DNA of 64,000 nt. It comes from Deltaproteobacteria bacterium (lineage in GTDB: Bacteria; Desulfobacterota; Desulfomonilia; UBA1062). The translations under genes and the position numbers were made by a program. Every line of letters begins with the position of its first letter. The stretch's first letter is position 1. Shown here piece after piece: positions 20,101 to 28,614 of this stretch. The notes below the pieces were generated by a model, which saw only the letters and a program-made list of their open reading frames with translations, had not been told where the DNA came from and did not search any database. The stretch is taken from NCBI GenBank assembly GCA_029552245.1, contig JAKPDW010000025.1, forward strand, positions 240,104 through 304,103, given 5' to 3'.

Positions 20101-21070
20101 GGGCAGGGGCAGGTCGGAGTTCGAGGAGATCGAACTGAGCGGGTTCATTCAGGGGATGACGGACCTCATCAGGGCGTCCATCTCCAAGGGGGCAGTCCTC
20201 ACGGTGAGGGCCGCCGAGGGACTCCCCCCCGTCAAGGCCGACCCGGACCAGATCCGGCAGGTCGTCATGAACCTCGTCGTGAACGCCTCCGAGGCCATCG
20301 GTGATGCACCGGGCTCCATAACCGTTTCAACGGACCTCGTGTACTGCTCCGAGGGCGACCTGAGCCTGAGCCGCCTTCCTGACAAGCCTGCTGCAGGGGA
20401 ATACGTGGTGTTGGAGGTCCGCGACACCGGCTGCGGCATGGACGAGAACACCCTGGAGCTCTTGTTCGACCCCTTCTTTTCCACCAAGTTCACGGGAAGG
20501 GGCCTCGGCATGGCCGCTGTGAGCGGCATCGTGAAGGCACACAAGGGCGCGATCACGGTGGAGTCCGAGCCGGGCAAGGGTACCACCTTCAGGGTGTACC
20601 TGCCTGTGGCCCCCGGAAAGGGGGAGCCCAGAGGGGGGGCGTCGGAAAGGGGCGGGGCGACGGACGGGGATACTGCCCGTGAGGGCATGGCAGGCCCCTC
20701 GGAGGGCTTTCTCGTGCTCGTGGTGGACGACGAGGACCTGGTGAGGGAAACCTGCGCCTCCATGATCTCCCGGCTCGGCCACCGGGTGCTCACGGCATCA
20801 GACGGCATGCAGGCCCTCGAGATCTACAAGGAGAAGCGTGACAAGATCGCCTGCGTCGTGCTCGACCTCACCATGCCGGTCATGGACGGCATAGAGACCC
20901 TCGCCGCACTCAGGCGCATGGACGAGGGGGTGAAGGTCATCCTGTCGAGCGGCTACGACGTCGCGGAGGCGGGCAGGATGTTCGAGGGCCTAGGGGCGAC
21001 CGGTTTCATCAAGAAGCCGTATAGCATGGAACAGCTCAGGCGGGTGCTCGAGGGGGTGAAGCCGGACTGA
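17159..21070 (+). CDS. hybrid sensor histidine kinase with about 6-7 PAS/PAC domains, HisKA-HATPase core and C-terminal receiver domain
   Basis: AGGAAGGG SD. Repeated PAS modules separated by conserved linkers ([72 protein letters not shown]). H-box [23 protein letters not shown]. G-box [18 protein letters not shown]. Receiver DDEDLVRE...[12 protein letters not shown]. Confidence 0.9.
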   Translation: [1303 protein letters not shown]

Positions 21071-21584
21071 GCCCGTGTCGTGACACTATGACGGCGAGGG
21101 GCCTCCTGCGGGGTGGAAACCGGTGAACCTTGCATCCGCAGGGCATGCGAAGGGCGGATGATGCCCTCGGCAGGGGTCGAAGCCCTGCCGGAGGGCGCCT
21201 GAGGCGTGCAGGCCCCGCAGGTGCCGGCCTCCTGGAGAGGCCCGCTTCCCCGCCCTGGCGCTTTGTGCTCCCTCGGCAGCGGAGCCTGCGGGGACGCAGG
21301 CCGGCGATGCCCCCCTCGCGTGTCTGAGGGCGCGAGGGATCCCGAGGGACCCCTGCTTCCGCGCGACCTCGACGGCCAGACCAAGACCGATGAACTCGTC
21401 GAAGAGATTGTATCCCCAGGAACCCCCGCTTCCGGACGACCTCCCCGAGGGAGACCCGACCGTGGTGGACGCCGGTGCAAGAGTCCCTCGTGGAGAAGGC
21501 TCTTCGTTTGCCTAGGCCCAAGCGTCTTGACTGCGCGCCGGGAGGGACCCGAGGCTGCCTGCCGGAGCAGTCCACGGCGCCATG

Positions 21585-22601
21585 TCACTGGGCGCGGTCC
21601 GCTCCGGGTATGAACTCCCTGGGCCTCACCTCGACGAGCTGAATGGCATCCAGAGGGCACGAGTTCGCGCACAGGCCGCAGCCGATGCACGCGGCCTCAT
21701 CCACGACGGCCGTCCCCCCTTCCGGCACACCCATGGCGCCCACGGGGCAGACCTCGGCGCATGCCCCGCACGACGAGCACGTCCCGGCGTCCACCCGGGG
21801 CCTGAATCTGCTCGGCGCCACCACGCCCTTCGTCCTTGTGTCGGTCGCGAACCTGAGCATCTCGCAGCAGCAGCTGCAGCAGTTGCAAAGGACGTTCGAC
21901 CTGCCGGCCGTGTTCTCGGTCATGTGGACGAGGCCGGCGTCCCGGGCGCGCGCGAGGATCTCGAGGGCCTCCCCGACGTCCACGCGCCTGCCCGTGCCCC
22001 GCTTGATGGTGTATTCCGCCCCGCGGTCCAGCTGCAGGCACACCTCGAGGGGCGCGTCGCACCTCCCCATGAGCTTGCGGCACACGCAGGTGGTCACCGC
22101 TATCTCCCGGGCGGACCCCAGCATGGCCGCCGCGTCCTCGAAAGCGAGCACCTGGTTGCGCGCCTCGACGGTCTCGCCGATGGGGATCACCCGCATGAAG
22201 GACGGCAGCTTGAGGCTGGTGACGAGTTCCAGGAGGCCGGGATAGTCGGTCTCCGAGAAGGAGCGCCAGAGGTCGAACAGCTCAGGGGGGGCGTCAGGCC
22301 ACAGGATCGTGGCGTCGTGGAACTGGACGATGTGGCGGGGCCCCCGGTACATCGTGACCCCGTCCTTGACGTAGTCGAAGACGGCGCCCCTGGCGAAGAG
22401 ACCGTCGATGACGGCCTGCATCTCTTCCCTGCCCTTCCCGAACGCCTCGCAGAGCTCGTCCACGGTCGCGGGCATACGGGCGATGATCGCCGCCTCTTCC
22501 TCGGAGCACACGATACGCCAGATCTCGCGCACCGTCTCGGAGTTCTCCATCATGAGCCTTTTAGCGAGTTCCCTGTACACGTCTTGTTCGGCCATGCCCA
22601 C
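21585..22601 (-). CDS. iron-sulfur protein: N-terminal helical domain plus Cys-rich region (CNCCSCCC) and 2x4Fe-4S ferredoxin motifs
   Basis: 338 aa. CVCRKLMGRC, NVLCNCCSCCCE, CSSCGACAEVCP, CIGCGLCANSCP. Confidence 0.6.
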   Translation of the reverse strand: MGMAEQDVYRELAKRLMMENSETVREIWRIVCSEEEAAIIARMPATVDELCEAFGKGREEMQAVIDGLFARGAVFDYVKDGVTMYRGPRHIVQFHDATILWPDAPPELFDLWRSFSETDYPGLLELVTSLKLPSFMRVIPIGETVEARNQVLAFEDAAAMLGSAREIAVTTCVCRKLMGRCDAPLEVCLQLDRGAEYTIKRGTGRRVDVGEALEILARARDAGLVHMTENTAGRSNVLCNCCSCCCEMLRFATDTRTKGVVAPSRFRPRVDAGTCSSCGACAEVCPVGAMGVPEGGTAVVDEAACIGCGLCANSCPLDAIQLVEVRPREFIPGADRAQ

Positions 22602-22659
22602 CTCCTTATAGTTTCATCATAGCCCTGCCGATGAAGTCCATGCAAGGCTGTCGTATGGT

Positions 22660-23565
22660 ATGACATGCATCGAGCGGGTTGTCGGAGGGACGGAAGGCAT
22701 GCACCAGCTCTTCTCGGAAGAAGAGATCAGGAAGACCTACGAGGAGCTCCTCTGGCACAAGAGGAGCAGGGACATCATCCTCGAGTACGCTCTGAACAGG
22801 TCCGACGTGAGGGAGGAGGCGCTGAGGGGGCTCGATCTGGGCGGTGCCAGGGAGGTGATCGACCTCGGGTGCGGCTACGGGTTCTTCACCGAGGCACTCG
22901 GGGGGAGGCTCCACAGGAAGGCCCGCGTCATAGGTGTCGACGTGGTGAATCACCGCAACCGAGAGGCCTTCGTCGACACGGTGACCTGCATGGGGTACGA
23001 GGCGGCGTTCATCCAGGGCAGCGCCGACATCGTGGCTGACCTCGAGACGGCCAGGTTCGATCTTGCGATAGCGAGCTATTCGCTCTACTTCTTCCCCCAC
23101 CTCGTGCCCGAGATCTCGCGCATCCTCAAGGACACGGGGGTCTTCATCGCCGTGACCCACAGCGAGACCTCTCTCGGCGAGATCATCTCCCACGTGGTGC
23201 GGTCGATGGAAGAACACGGGATAGCCCCGGCAGGCGATCTCAGGATCAACAAACTCTTCAAGGCCTTCTCCGTTGAGGGGGGGCGTCAACTCCTCGAGCC
23301 CCACTTCCATCAGGTGGAGTGTATCCCCTTCGCCAACGCGCTGGCGTTTCCCCTGGACCGCTTCGAGGCCTGCATCGACTACCTCGACACCAAGAAGCAC
23401 CTCCTCCTCAAGGAGGTGGCGGACCATAGGCCGGAGGCGCTCGAGGCGGTGATGGACGCGCTCGTGAGGAACCTGTTCGACCACGCGAGATCTCACGGAA
23501 AGGTCGTCGTGAGCAAGGACGACGGCATCTTCAGGTGCCGGAGGCCTGTGAGGAGGGGGCCATGA
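22660..23565 (+). CDS. class I SAM-dependent methyltransferase
   Basis: Motif [16 protein letters not shown], motif post-I RVIGVD. About 300 aa. Stop overlaps the downstream NUDIX start (ATGA). Confidence 0.65.
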   Translation: MTCIERVVGGTEGMHQLFSEEEIRKTYEELLWHKRSRDIILEYALNRSDVREEALRGLDLGGAREVIDLGCGYGFFTEALGGRLHRKARVIGVDVVNHRNREAFVDTVTCMGYEAAFIQGSADIVADLETARFDLAIASYSLYFFPHLVPEISRILKDTGVFIAVTHSETSLGEIISHVVRSMEEHGIAPAGDLRINKLFKAFSVEGGRQLLEPHFHQVECIPFANALAFPLDRFEACIDYLDTKKHLLLKEVADHRPEALEAVMDALVRNLFDHARSHGKVVVSKDDGIFRCRRPVRRGP

Positions 23566-24571
23566 GGAGAAGCAGGGCGTACTGCGCGTATTGCGGCGCC
23601 TCTCTCGTGAGGCGCGACATCGAGGGGAGGGAGAGGGACGGGTGCCCGGCATGCGGCGCGGTGTTCTACGAGAACCCCCTGCCCGTGGCGAGCGCCATCG
23701 TGGTGGACGATGACCGGCGGATCCTCCTCGTCAGGAGGAACAACGAGCCCTACAGGGGCATGTGGTGCCTTCCCATCGGGTTCGCGGAGGCCGGGGAGGA
23801 GGTCAAGGACGCAGCCCTCCGGGAGCTCGAGGAGGAGACGGGCGTGAGAGGGACGGTCGTGAGGCTCATCGACGTGGACACGGTCGAGAACGACTACTAC
23901 GGGAGCCTCGCCATCGTCACCTACGAGGTCAGGGCCACGGGCGGGAGGCTCAGGCCGGGGGACGAGCCTCGGACGCCGCCTATTTCCCCATCTTCGATCT
24001 CCCGCCGCTGGCGTGGTCGTCCAACGAGAAGGCGGTGGGCCGGTACATAGAGTTGTACAGGGACACCTGGGCCATGATGGACTCGTTCATGCAGCTCTTC
24101 CCTGACCTCGGGCCCGCTCACCCCGCGAGGATGGACGGGCATGGCAGCGGGCCCATCCTGTCGGACGTGCTGGTGAAGGTGATCGAGAAGGACCGCGAGG
24201 CGATCGTCAAGGCCTGGGCCGACGAGGTCAAATCCTCGATCCCCGCACTCGCGCCCGCCATCGACGAGATCGAGAGGCTCAACCGAGCGGTGCTCGAGGG
24301 GGTCCGCTTGGGGCTCAGGGGGCAGAGACACCCCTTCGACCGGGACATGCTCAGGCGGGAGGGCAGGTCCCTCAGGGAGAAGGGGCTGCCCCTGCCCGAG
24401 ATCCTCGACGCCCTGGCGCTCAGCAGGAAGAACATCTGGGTGCACGTGATCGGGAAGCGTATCCTGTCGACCCCGCTGGAGATCTACAGCACCCTGGAGC
24501 TCAACAACCGCATCATCTTCCTCTACGACAAGGTCTACCACCACCTCACCGAGGGTTACACCTCGCCGTGA
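23562..24571 (+). pseudogene. Zn-ribbon NUDIX hydrolase interrupted by an apparent 1-nt frameshift at the G5 run 23957-23961; downstream frame continues the NUDIX fold and adds a roughly 200-aa C-terminal domain
   Basis: Frame 0 (23562..24050): CAYCGASL...CPACGAV zinc ribbon and Nudix box [29 protein letters not shown], then junk ([27 protein letters not shown]). Frame +2 across the same DNA reads [32 protein letters not shown] (canonical NUDIX C-terminal helix) and stays open to 24571. One extra G in CCGGGGGAC restores one ORF. Confidence 0.55.
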
Positions 24572-24742
24572 GCGGGTCCCGGCGGCGTGGCGGGCGGGCC
24601 CTTTCCCGTCGGAAACCTCGGGGCAGGTCTCCCAGGCCCCGGGTATGCGCCGGGGACCGGGTGCTCCGGGTCATCTCTTCTCCGCTGGAAGCCGCCGCAC
24701 CGCTCGTTATGGCCGCTCGGCAGTTCCCGGTCGGCCGTGCGC

Positions 24743-24851
24743 GCCACCGGTCACGCTCGGGGTGGGCCCTGTTCGGACGTTGTGTCAGACCCAAAGGGCT
24801 AAATAATACAGACAGGCCACCGGTCACGCTCGGGGTGGGCCCTGTTCGGAC
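24743..24851. repeat. two perfect 36-bp direct repeats (GCCACCGGTCACGCTCGGGGTGGGCCCTGTTCGGAC) separated by a 37-bp AT-rich spacer; period 73 bp
   Basis: Copies at 24743-24778 and 24816-24851, identical. Spacer gttgtgtcagacccaaagggctaaataatacagacag is far below local GC. The second copy overlaps the last codons of the 2-hydroxyacid dehydrogenase ORF. Confidence 0.6.
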
Positions 24852-25855
24852 CCCAGGGGGTGACCTCCCCGGGGTACGTTCCAGATGAACGTGCCGTGCT
24901 CGAGGAAGTGCAACGCCTGCCGCACGGTCTGGGCCGCCTTTCTCTCCACCGACTCCTGCGTGTTGAACGCGTTGTGCGGGGTGCACAAGACGTCCTTCCT
25001 CATGGCGAGCCTCGAGACCGCATCCGCCCCGGGGTGAACCCCGGGCGCGCCCGATCTCATCGCCTGGGCGAGGGCGCTCTCGTCTGCGTACACGTCGAGG
25101 CCCACACCCGAAAGGTGACCTTCCTCCAAGAGCTTGAGGAGATCGGACTCGCGCACGAACTCCCCCCTTGCCACGTTGATGAACACGGCGCCGGGCTTCG
25201 CCCTCTTGAGGACATCGTAGGAGAAGTATCCTGCGTTGTCGGCGGTCAGGTTCATGGAGCAGACGATGACGTCCGCCCTGGCGAGGGCGTCCTCGAGGTT
25301 CGTGTACCTGACCCAGCCATGCCTCCTGACGATGTCCACACCCAGGACCTCCATGCCCAGCGCGCCGGCGAGGCGGCACACTTCCGAACCGATGGATCCC
25401 ACGCCCACCACCGCGACCGTCTTGCCGAGGCACTCCCACCCGGTGAGACCGTCCCTGTCGAAGCGGGTGAGGTTCTCGATCTGCGCAGGGAGCCTGCGCA
25501 TGAGGGCCATCCACATCATGAGGGCGTGCTCCGCCACGGCCCGGCTGCAGTAGTGGGGGAGGTACCCGGCAGGGATGTCCCTGTGCGATGCCTCGAGAAA
25601 GGAGAGCACGTGGTCGTAACCGGTGCTCCTGGTGAGGATCGCCTGTATATCCCTCTCCCACGCACGGGGGATGACCGACTGCGTCCGTATGCACAGGATT
25701 CCCCCGGGAAGCGTTGTGTGGCCTGACTCCTGGATGGTGAGGGGGAAAAACGCCGCCTTCGTGTTCCCGGGCAGATGCCGCTTGAGGGCCTCGCGCTCCT
25801 CCTTGAAGACCTCGTAGAAGACGATGTCCACCCCCTTCCTGTACCTCAGCCGCAT
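24824..25855 (-). CDS. D-isomer-specific 2-hydroxyacid dehydrogenase family protein (NAD-binding)
   Basis: Internal Met (complement 25853-25855) of the 746-aa track ORF gives MRLRYRKGVDIVFYEV... with Rossmann GKTVAVVGVGSIGSEV and catalytic region ...INVARGEFV...LDVY...CTPHNAF. The upstream 400 codons are an artefact. Confidence 0.75.
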   Translation of the reverse strand: MRLRYRKGVDIVFYEVFKEEREALKRHLPGNTKAAFFPLTIQESGHTTLPGGILCIRTQSVIPRAWERDIQAILTRSTGYDHVLSFLEASHRDIPAGYLPHYCSRAVAEHALMMWMALMRRLPAQIENLTRFDRDGLTGWECLGKTVAVVGVGSIGSEVCRLAGALGMEVLGVDIVRRHGWVRYTNLEDALARADVIVCSMNLTADNAGYFSYDVLKRAKPGAVFINVARGEFVRESDLLKLLEEGHLSGVGLDVYADESALAQAMRSGAPGVHPGADAVSRLAMRKDVLCTPHNAFNTQESVERKAAQTVRQALHFLEHGTFIWNVPRGGHPLGSEQGPPRA

Positions 25856-25993
25856 GCCCCATGGCAACAGGCGCTCGCGGAGGAAGGACCCTTGAAGGGG
25901 GTGAGTCGGTCCGGGCCGCTCAAGTTCGCCACTTGTGCTACCGTAACGATGCACGTGGGCCACCAGAGGCGGCCCGGCGCATGGGTGAGGGAC

Positions 25994-27208
25994 ATGAGGA
26001 AGGTCATGACATTCTTGGTTCCAGGCGGCGTGCTCGCGCTCGCATCCCTCCTCCTCGTCAGGCTCGACGCGATGGAGGGCTGCCTCGACGAGGTCTCCCG
26101 GCTCTACCCTGTCCTCGCCACGGCCCTCGGCGTCGCCTACGGGCTCAGGTTCGACCGCTCCTCGCTCGTCCTCGGTGCGCTGTGTCCCGCAATGGCGCTC
26201 TGGTCGCTCTCTTTCTTCGGGTCCATCCACGATCCCACGGACATGCACTGGCGCGTTGCGTATGTGTCGTGCAGCGTGCTTTTGCCCGTGAACCTGTGCG
26301 TGCTCTGCCTGCTCAAGGAGAGGGGAACGCTGACCGCAAGGGGGATCGCGAGGCTCCTCGCGATCCTTGCGCAGCCCCTCGTCGTGGGGGCGGTCGCGGG
26401 TAGGGACCCCTCCAGGTTCGTGAACGTGCTCGAGCGCGGGGTGATCCCGTGGGGGTTCGCGGAAGCCCTCCCTCTCCCCCAGGTATCGGCGCTTGCGGGC
26501 GCGGTGTGCCTGATCTTGACCGCGGTCCTCTTCGTGGTCAGGGGCGGGGCCAGGGAGGCGGGGTTCTTCTGGGCGCAACTCGCGAGCATCGCGGCCTTGG
26601 CCTCGGGGCCGGACCGAGAGGTCGCGGCCTTTCACCTGGGGAGCGCATCGCTGATACTCCTTGTCTCCATGGTGGAGATCTCCCACGCCATGGCGTTCAA
26701 GGACGAGCTCACCGGGCTGCCCGGGAGAAGGGCGCTCAAGGAAGAGCTCCTGAAGCTCGGCTCCGAGTACTGCCTTGCCATGGTGGACATCGACCACTTC
26801 AAGAAGTTCAACGATACCTACGGTCACGACGCCGGAGACCAGGTGCTGAAGATGGTCGCCTCGCGGCTGGGACATGTGGGTGGTGGGGGCAGGGCGTTCC
26901 GTTACGGCGGGGAGGAGTTCACGATCGTGTTTTCCGGGAGGAATGCCCAGGATGCACTCGAGCACCTGGAGGAGTTGAGGAAGGACGTGGCGTCTTTCCC
27001 GTTCGTGATCCGGTCGGCGCTGAGGCCGATCAGGAGCCCGGACCGAAGGGGTGTCCGTTCGCACGGGCGCAAGAACGTCACGATCACCATAAGCGTGGGC
27101 GCGGCCTGGCCGGGGGGCTCTGCCTCGAAGCCCGAAGAGGTGCTCGAGGCCGCGGACAAGGCCTTGTACAGGGCGAAGAAGAGGGGAAGGAACAGGGTGG
27201 AGTCTTGA
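25994..27208 (+). CDS. membrane-anchored diguanylate cyclase (GGDEF)
   Basis: About 6 N-terminal TM helices then GGDEF domain with RYGGEEF active site and inhibitory-site-like KELLKLGSEY. Start chosen at Met 25994; Met 26006 is also possible. Confidence 0.75.
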   Translation: MRKVMTFLVPGGVLALASLLLVRLDAMEGCLDEVSRLYPVLATALGVAYGLRFDRSSLVLGALCPAMALWSLSFFGSIHDPTDMHWRVAYVSCSVLLPVNLCVLCLLKERGTLTARGIARLLAILAQPLVVGAVAGRDPSRFVNVLERGVIPWGFAEALPLPQVSALAGAVCLILTAVLFVVRGGAREAGFFWAQLASIAALASGPDREVAAFHLGSASLILLVSMVEISHAMAFKDELTGLPGRRALKEELLKLGSEYCLAMVDIDHFKKFNDTYGHDAGDQVLKMVASRLGHVGGGGRAFRYGGEEFTIVFSGRNAQDALEHLEELRKDVASFPFVIRSALRPIRSPDRRGVRSHGRKNVTITISVGAAWPGGSASKPEEVLEAADKALYRAKKRGRNRVES

Positions 27209-27891
27209 TCCCGAGGCCTCGGGCCGGCCTTCAGGGGTGCACGTTTCGGCCGTCTTTCCCGTCAGGTATCCTGGAAAAGGTACTCCTCGACCTCCACGCG
27301 CCTTGAAAGACGTACCCGTCAGTCATCCAGGCAGGGAAGAGGTCTCTCCGAACTCCTGGCAACAACGCGCTCAGGTCCTGCCTTGCCGGGCCGTCGTCCT
27401 TGCCCGGGAAGGGCGCGACCGGGGATCGGGGCGAAGAACCGGCGCGGCTCGGCCGGGCCGGCGCAAGGTGCGCCCAGCCGTGGAGAGCCGCCTGATTCCT
27501 CGGGGGGTGACCGGGGGTGATCCTGTAGGTACCCAAGAAAAACCGTTCCTGGCGGTGACCTGGGGAACATGGAGGTGGTCGGGGTTCCGCCGGTTTCCCC
27601 CTTGCAGGACGGTCGACGAAAGACACCCGATAGAGAGACGGGCTCAGGTTTCATCTTCCTGAAGCGGACAAGCGTTGTTCAACGGCACTCAGCCCTGCCG
27701 ACCGGTGAGGCATCGTAAGCGGGACCTGGGGCGATCCGGTGCCCCCCTGTGTGCCTGGCGCCGAGAGCAGGCCGAGGGCAAGAAAACGACAAGAGTGAGG
27801 AAAAACAATTCCCTCTTGTGGGCCGGCTCGCTTGTGGCTTTATAACATACTGGAATGCCTAATAAAAACTATAAATGAACAGCCGTTAGCC

Positions 27892-27907
27892 TGGCACGGG
27901 TATTGCT
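27892..27907 (+). promoter_or_regulatory. sigma-54 (RpoN) promoter: TGGCAC-gggta-TTGCT
   Basis: TGGCAC at 27892-97 and TTGC at 27903-06 with the canonical 10-nt GG-to-GC spacing, in an AT-rich island (aataaaaactataaatgaac just upstream, IHF-like), 60 nt upstream of the ATG at 27967. Confidence 0.6.
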
Positions 27908-27966
27908 GTCATGAGGGGTAGATTGTTTCATATTATAGCAATAAAAGTGGCGTGGGAGGTGACGGT

Positions 27967-28296
27967 ATGGCAGGTGACGTGAACTTCAAGGACACGAGGG
28001 CCGGCAGGAGGACCTCGGATGCGAGGTGTGCAAGGGCGGCCCAGGCCATCATGGAGATCCTCAAGTACCAGTGCCAGGGGTTCATCCTCCCACCCCCGGA
28101 GGTCAGGCACCTCCTGGGCCTCGATCCCGAAGACAGGGCATGGCACCTGAACGAGCGCGTCGCATTGCTCAAGAAGGAGCTCGCAAGGCGCTTCGTGGCC
28201 ATGGACGTGAGTCCCATCGTGGGTGCCACGATCCAGCTCTACCGCGTGCCCCCCGTGAACGGGGCGCCGTATCCTTCGCGTTACCTGAGGCAGTGA
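27967..28296 (+). CDS. small hypothetical protein (109 aa) downstream of sigma-54 promoter
   Basis: GGGAGGTGA SD then ATG 27967 (internal Met of track ORF 27952). No recognised domain. Confidence 0.45.
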   Translation: MAGDVNFKDTRAGRRTSDARCARAAQAIMEILKYQCQGFILPPPEVRHLLGLDPEDRAWHLNERVALLKKELARRFVAMDVSPIVGATIQLYRVPPVNGAPYPSRYLRQ

Positions 28297-28436
28297 CAGC
28301 CTGCTTCTCGGGCCCAGGCGCCCGTATCTGCCACGGGCCCTGCCTTCCTGCCCGAGGTCTCTTCCACAGTCACATCGCCCTCGGGGTTCGCCCTTGCGCA
28401 GGCCAACGGGCGAGCCGACCTCGGGCATCCCCACCC

Positions 28437-28525
28437 CGCACCCTGCCGCGAACGGGCACGCGGGTGTTCCCGACACTTCATGCCTGTCCCGTGCAGCCCG
28501 CACCCTGCCGTGAACGGCCACGCGT
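28437..28525. repeat. two 27-bp direct repeats (CCGCACCCTGCCGYGAACGGSCACGCG) with 62-bp period, upstream of the DUF362-ferredoxin gene
   Basis: Copies at 28437-28463 and 28499-28525 with 25/27 identical and a 35-bp spacer. Confidence 0.5.
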
Positions 28526-28614
28526 CCTGATGCAAGCGGGGAGGTGAGATGTTGACATGGGGCGGGAATCGGGCACATTGGATATGACGCACAACACAGA
28601 CGCACGAGGTGATC

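Noticed and set aside
21090-21300. Cobalamin-riboswitch-like string GGTGGAAACCGGTGAA in the GC-rich convergent region after the histidine kinase
   Set aside because: Only a short partial match. No B12 box (GCCACTG-like) and no B12-related downstream gene. The region is the 3' flank of two convergent genes.
24743-24851. Calling the 36-bp repeat pair a CRISPR array
   Set aside because: Only two copies and no cas genes, and the second copy overlaps the C-terminal codons of the 2-hydroxyacid dehydrogenase. Kept as a repeat, not a CRISPR.
27208-27880. Structured ncRNA (RNase P RNA, tmRNA, SRP, 6S) in the 670-bp GC-rich gap after the diguanylate cyclase
   Set aside because: None of the hallmark motifs (RNase P P4 AGGAAAGTCCGGGCTCC, tmRNA tag-reading frame with CCA end, SRP GGAAG-CAGCC domain IV) were found by eye. 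Left unannotated.
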